Below, piece by piece: positions 33,861 to 37,830 of a stretch of 37,830 nucleotides of DNA. Source of the stretch: Coniocarpon cinnabarinum (taxonomy: Eukaryota). The translations under genes were made by a program, and so were the position numbers. Each line of letters begins with the position of its first letter. Position 1 is the first letter of the stretch. The stretch lies in contig JAVECO010000208.1 in assembly GCA_051942205.1 (NCBI GenBank), positions 1 to 37,830 on the forward strand, in the 5' to 3' direction. The notes below the pieces were generated by a model. That model ran no database searches and had not been told where the DNA came from. It saw nothing but the letters and a program-made list of their open reading frames with translations.

Positions 33861-35149
33861 TCACCTGCTCGTCCTCGCCTCAGTCGTATCATGCGCCGCC
33901 TTGGGCACCAGAGCCTCACTCTCATCTTGGGCCTCGACTTGTCTGACTTGCGCAGCAGCGCGTCGACTTCTCTCTCTCTCCTCTGCTCCACTTCGCGCTC
34001 TGAATTCGTCGTCTTTGCTCTTGGCGTTTTCTGAGATGCCTGTGCTGCCCGAGAGGCTGATGGGAGTAGCTGACGGCGTCAATGTGAGATTTGCACCCGG
34101 CGCGCTCTCTGCTGGCGTTGTAGAGCCTGAATAAGGTGCAGCTGGAGGCTCGACCACGGATTTCGCCTCTACTTCCGGTTGTCTCGTTGTTGCCACCTGA
34201 GGTGCCCCCGGCGATGATTCCGTCGTGGCGTCCATATGCACAGGCGCAGACTCGGGCGCTGAGGTGCCTGGTGTGCCCATCTCACCACTCATTGCCTCAT
34301 CATCGCCAGGGTCAGGATCTGTCAATTCGCTGCCATACACTTCGGGGTACTTCCTGAAGCAGTCTTGCATGAACTTGAACTTTTCGATACAATTAATGCC
34401 TTTCGGCTCGTCGGTGCTGTAGACGAAACAGCTGAACGCATCGCGGAACTCCGTACCACAGGGCCCGTGAGCCATACCGCCCAGACAAGGGCAATCCCAG
34501 TTGATCTCACCCGTCTCTTCATTAAACGCGCCTTGGCTGTCGGCCTCGGATTCGAGATCAGATGCTTCGGCAGGCGTTGGTGAAGCAGCAGCATCAGGCG
34601 CAGTAGAGCTGTTCTGACTTTGCGTGGTGGAGGATGAAGGGGAAGAGGGCGGATAAGTGGATGACAGCGACGCGGCAGCTGCGGCTTGACTGTCTGCAGG
34701 TGAGGGCGTAGAGGGAGAATAAGCGTCAAGAGTGGGAACAGCAGGCATTGCGGCCAGCCGTTGCCTTCGCGCTGCTGCCAAAGATTCAATTGTCACCGGC
34801 TCGTCTGTCGCTGGCTCATCGGCAGTCTCAAGCATGCTGTCTGTTGCAACTGGTGCCATTGGTCAGCAGGTTACATGCTCATGACGAATTGGACTTGGGT
34901 CGAGAATTCATGACGCCGATCTCCAGAGAATGCGCGGGAGAACTCACAGCCATTGTCAGACCAGATGTCGTGCGTATTGTAGTACCAGATCCCAGCAACG
35001 GCCAGACCCCATCGCGTCGCAGAGCTCCTCCATGTTCTCGGTCGCTGTGCTGGCGGCGTTGTGAAGAGCGTTCGGCGAGCTGACACATGCCTTCGGAGAG
35101 CCCGTGATGACACGCTGCGCCATATAGGTCTCGCGATTGGGCTTAGCAT
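33861..35149 (-). CDS. MIA40: Mitochondrial intermembrane space import protein Mia40; complement(join(33861..34849,34948..35149)), 396 aa
   Basis: Arg-rich presequence and TM anchor ([14 protein letters not shown]). [26 protein letters not shown] motif and twin CX9C. Intron 34850-34947 (GTGAGT...GCTGAC...CAG). Confidence 0.96.
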
Positions 35150-36032
35150 GTTTTGTCGAGATGGCCGGATGACGACGAAAGTTGAGCTGCGATCGTAGAA
35201 GATGTAGACGAGTCATGCATAGTGTACAAGGGTGCATCCGACCCTAATACCTGTAACTATCTTCGACGTTTCCAGCAGACGTGCCTCAGAGTTCGCTTTC
35301 TTTGCATCCCGAATGACGCCGCTACCCGACTCTGGCCAGGTTGGACCGGCGAGCGATATTTGCTGATTGTCAAAGGGATTCACTTTGGCCGTCAAGCGAG
35401 CAACACCATGGCGTACGAGACCGCATGTGATACGTCGAGCGCTTGGGCCTGTCTACGCGCCCAATCTGAAACGTCGAACATCACGTCTCAACCAATTCAA
35501 ACGACTGGACAGCACCTCACCCCTCTCTAGCCTTCAGCTCTGTCTCTGTCTCATCTATCCTGCGTCGCTTTTGTCTCCAAGACCATGACCTGTTGGACGC
35601 CGTGACTCCGCACGCGGCAAGAAGTGCGGCGCATTGTTTGACCACACTTGCTCGCTGCGCACACCTGTCACAGGTATGCCTGTCATTGCGACGCCACTAA
35701 AGAGTGGCGCGACAGCAAACATGCGAGAGGCGTGCGCCAATGGCCGAAATGCGCCTCTGATGCAGCTGCCACTGTGCAAACGCGCGTTTCTAAAACTGAT
35801 TTGGCAGTTCCATATAAGCTGGTCTCTCCTTCATTACACTGTGCATAGAGCCGCAGAACAATCAGTATCTTCCCTTGCTTTTTCTATCTCCCCACTTTCT
35901 TTCATTTTCTTTCATTACCATTAAATCAATCACTCACTGTCCTATTATTGTCAACTTGATCGTCACTCGGGAGCGTACGAGCAACACTTCGTGCAATAAC
36001 GTTCGTCCAGCACCTTAAGATTATCGCTGACA

Positions 36033-37256
36033 ATGTCACGTCGAACCTCGCCTTTCCCACCCATCTCCTCGCGCAGCATTGGATCATCTAATGTGCGAGA
36101 TATGGACCGCCTCGATCGCGGTGACATCCCGCGAGGCCGCCGCCTTTCCACTATTCACAGTCCCACCGTTGCCACCTTCCACGACGGCCAGATCCCCTTC
36201 CCAGCGTCTGATCGTCAGCCAAGCCGAGGACGCAGGACGTCCACCACTTTCTCGTCAAATACTCCCGCATTTGAGAATTTGGGAGCTTCCCCATCTCCGC
36301 GCCAACGCGGTGGTCGTCGCGAGAGCACCATACGTGAATCCTCTGCAGCCCGTGAAGCCACTCGAACACTCCGCATGAATATCTCACGCGAGTCTTCCGT
36401 CAACAGCGCTTCAGCCAGCCGATCCAGTCACAGTCGTAGTAACGGCGACACCACTCACGACACATCCGACCGCGCGTGGATTAATGCCTACACCTCCGCC
36501 CGACGCTCCTCTCCCTCCCATTCAACCCGCTCAAAGAGCAACACACCACCCAGTTCACGCGCCTCATCTCCACATCAGCGCGAAAAGAGTGGCTCGCGCC
36601 CTCGCCGCGTCAGCATCCTAAGACGCGTCAGCACCTCCAAGCCAGCCGTCCCAAAAGAAGAAGAAGAAACACTACTGTCGACACCCCCGCGCTCCACATC
36701 TCATTCGTCTCGTTCCCGTTCGCGACGTCACAGTCTTCGAAACCTGACACCGGAGCTGCAAATTGGGGAGAGAGTGAAGCGACGCGTGTCTTCTGTTTCG
36801 ACGGGGCGATTGAACTATGCTCGGATTGGCTCGCCGGAGCGGAACATAGCTGAGCGAAACAAGATTTTTGGTTCGTCGACCTCGCGATCACAGTCACGCA
36901 CGCGTCCAAGCGACGAGGATCTGACAAGAAAACGTGCACCGACGGTTGCTACCACACCCAACCTACACGGCCGCGGCGACAGCGAGCCCGCAGGTGAAGA
37001 GCTGGACGATCCCTTTCGTGACCCGGAACCGGACGAGCCACTCATTACGCGTGAAGCGGTGCGCTATGAACTTCATGCGCCCCGCAGTCGTCCTCGCTCA
37101 AGCTCGAGAAAGGAGAGCCGCGGGGTGAAGGACGAGAGTGGGGAGGGAACACTGACGAGGTTGTCGCGTGCGTTTGGGTCGTGGTCGAGGGGTCGGAGTG
37201 ACTTTGGGGGAAGGGAAGGATGGTTGTCGAAGCGGCAGTATGTGGCTGTTGCTTGA
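36033..37256 (+). CDS. Ser/Arg-rich, probably intrinsically disordered hypothetical protein, 407 aa
   Basis: Uninterrupted 1.2-kb ORF with ACAATG start after a CT-rich leader. Many RRxS and RSRS motifs. No recognisable domain. Confidence 0.7.
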   Translation: MSRRTSPFPPISSRSIGSSNVRDMDRLDRGDIPRGRRLSTIHSPTVATFHDGQIPFPASDRQPSRGRRTSTTFSSNTPAFENLGASPSPRQRGGRRESTIRESSAAREATRTLRMNISRESSVNSASASRSSHSRSNGDTTHDTSDRAWINAYTSARRSSPSHSTRSKSNTPPSSRASSPHQREKSGSRPRRVSILRRVSTSKPAVPKEEEETLLSTPPRSTSHSSRSRSRRHSLRNLTPELQIGERVKRRVSSVSTGRLNYARIGSPERNIAERNKIFGSSTSRSQSRTRPSDEDLTRKRAPTVATTPNLHGRGDSEPAGEELDDPFRDPEPDEPLITREAVRYELHAPRSRPRSSSRKESRGVKDESGEGTLTRLSRAFGSWSRGRSDFGGREGWLSKRQYVAVA

Positions 37257-37512
37257 ACGAAACTGCAATGCATGGATTCAAGACGCTACCGAATCCCATG
37301 AGTGATGATGCTGATATCTGGATTGATGTATTAGACTTTTTTGAATTTCATATTCTGTATCTGTTCATGGTCCTTGCGGTGTATACATATGAACAGTCGT
37401 TCGTGCCTTGACGTACGTATTTCATGCCGCTCATGCAGGTTACATCTTCTTAAAGCCTGACGCTTCTGTTATGTAGATGCTAATGTCATCATATTTGTGT
37501 CTCATGTGCGTC

Positions 37513-37830
37513 TCATGTATCAATGCTATCATTGACCTCCATTGATCCTCCATTGATACCGCCATTTTTCCCATCGCGCTCCGCTAACATCCTTTCCATA
37601 ATCCTAACCCTCTCCGTCGCCTCTTCACCCTCCTCCCATCCCGGTCTCAAAACTCGTCCCACCATCTTCGCCCACAGCTCATGGCCTTCACTTCGTACTA
37701 CACTCCCTGTCGCTGCATCCCCATTTAATCTCTTTTGCCCTTCCACACCATCCTGTGCATGCCCGCTCTCGCTACCATCCACCTCCTCCCATCCCCCGGC
37801 ATCACTCCCCCAATACTCCCACCCCATCAC
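37513..37830 (-). CDS. 3' end of a probable GH18-family (chitinase/ENGase-like) gene, truncated by the window edge
   Basis: Open frame from the window end reads VMGWEYWGSDAGG...HELWAKMV, resembling the (G)VMGWEY...PGG...WA C-terminal motif of fungal GH18 ENGase-type proteins. Confidence 0.5.
   Translation of the reverse strand: MMGWEYWGSDAGGWEEVDGSESGHAQDGVEGQKRLNGDAATGSVVRSEGHELWAKMVGRVLRPGWEEGEEATERVRIMERMLAERDGKNGGINGGSMEVNDSIDT

Noticed and set aside
1..37830. CRISPR arrays, rRNA, tRNA or intact transposase/retroelement ORFs
   Set aside because: None seen by eye. The DNA is intron-containing fungal sequence with no regular repeat-spacer pattern, cloverleaf or transposase motifs. A tRNAscan/Infernal run would be needed to exclude small RNAs.

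Overview
Eukaryotic DNA from a filamentous ascomycete (Pezizomycotina-type genes with short GT-AG introns and CTRAY branch sites). Reading through the introns by hand gives these blocks. (1) 45-6886: a head-to-tail array of seven small (111-182 aa) two-exon genes plus one probable decayed copy, which the ORF track splits into fragments. All share one phase-1 intron at an apparently equivalent position and a C-terminal L-x-x-A-G-like helix motif. I do not recognise the family. (2) 7495-13476: conserved genes for CK2 alpha, RNase P/MRP p30, a lipocalin-like protein followed by an in-frame His-rich 54-codon tail after its TAG, and an IQM-type calmodulin-binding protein. (3) 14900-20092: oxaloacetate acetylhydrolase divergently paired with a DUF1275/YoaK membrane protein across a promoter with 13 PacC-type GCCARG sites, a candidate pH-regulated oxalate synthesis/export module. 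(4) 20093-27773: a gene-poor stretch with degenerate repeats and one small candidate gene. (5) 27774-37830: a Zn2Cys6 factor, a TauD-like dioxygenase with an acidic tail, MIA40, a Ser/Arg-rich protein and the 3' end of a probable GH18 gene. All gene models were made by eye and no database searches were run.
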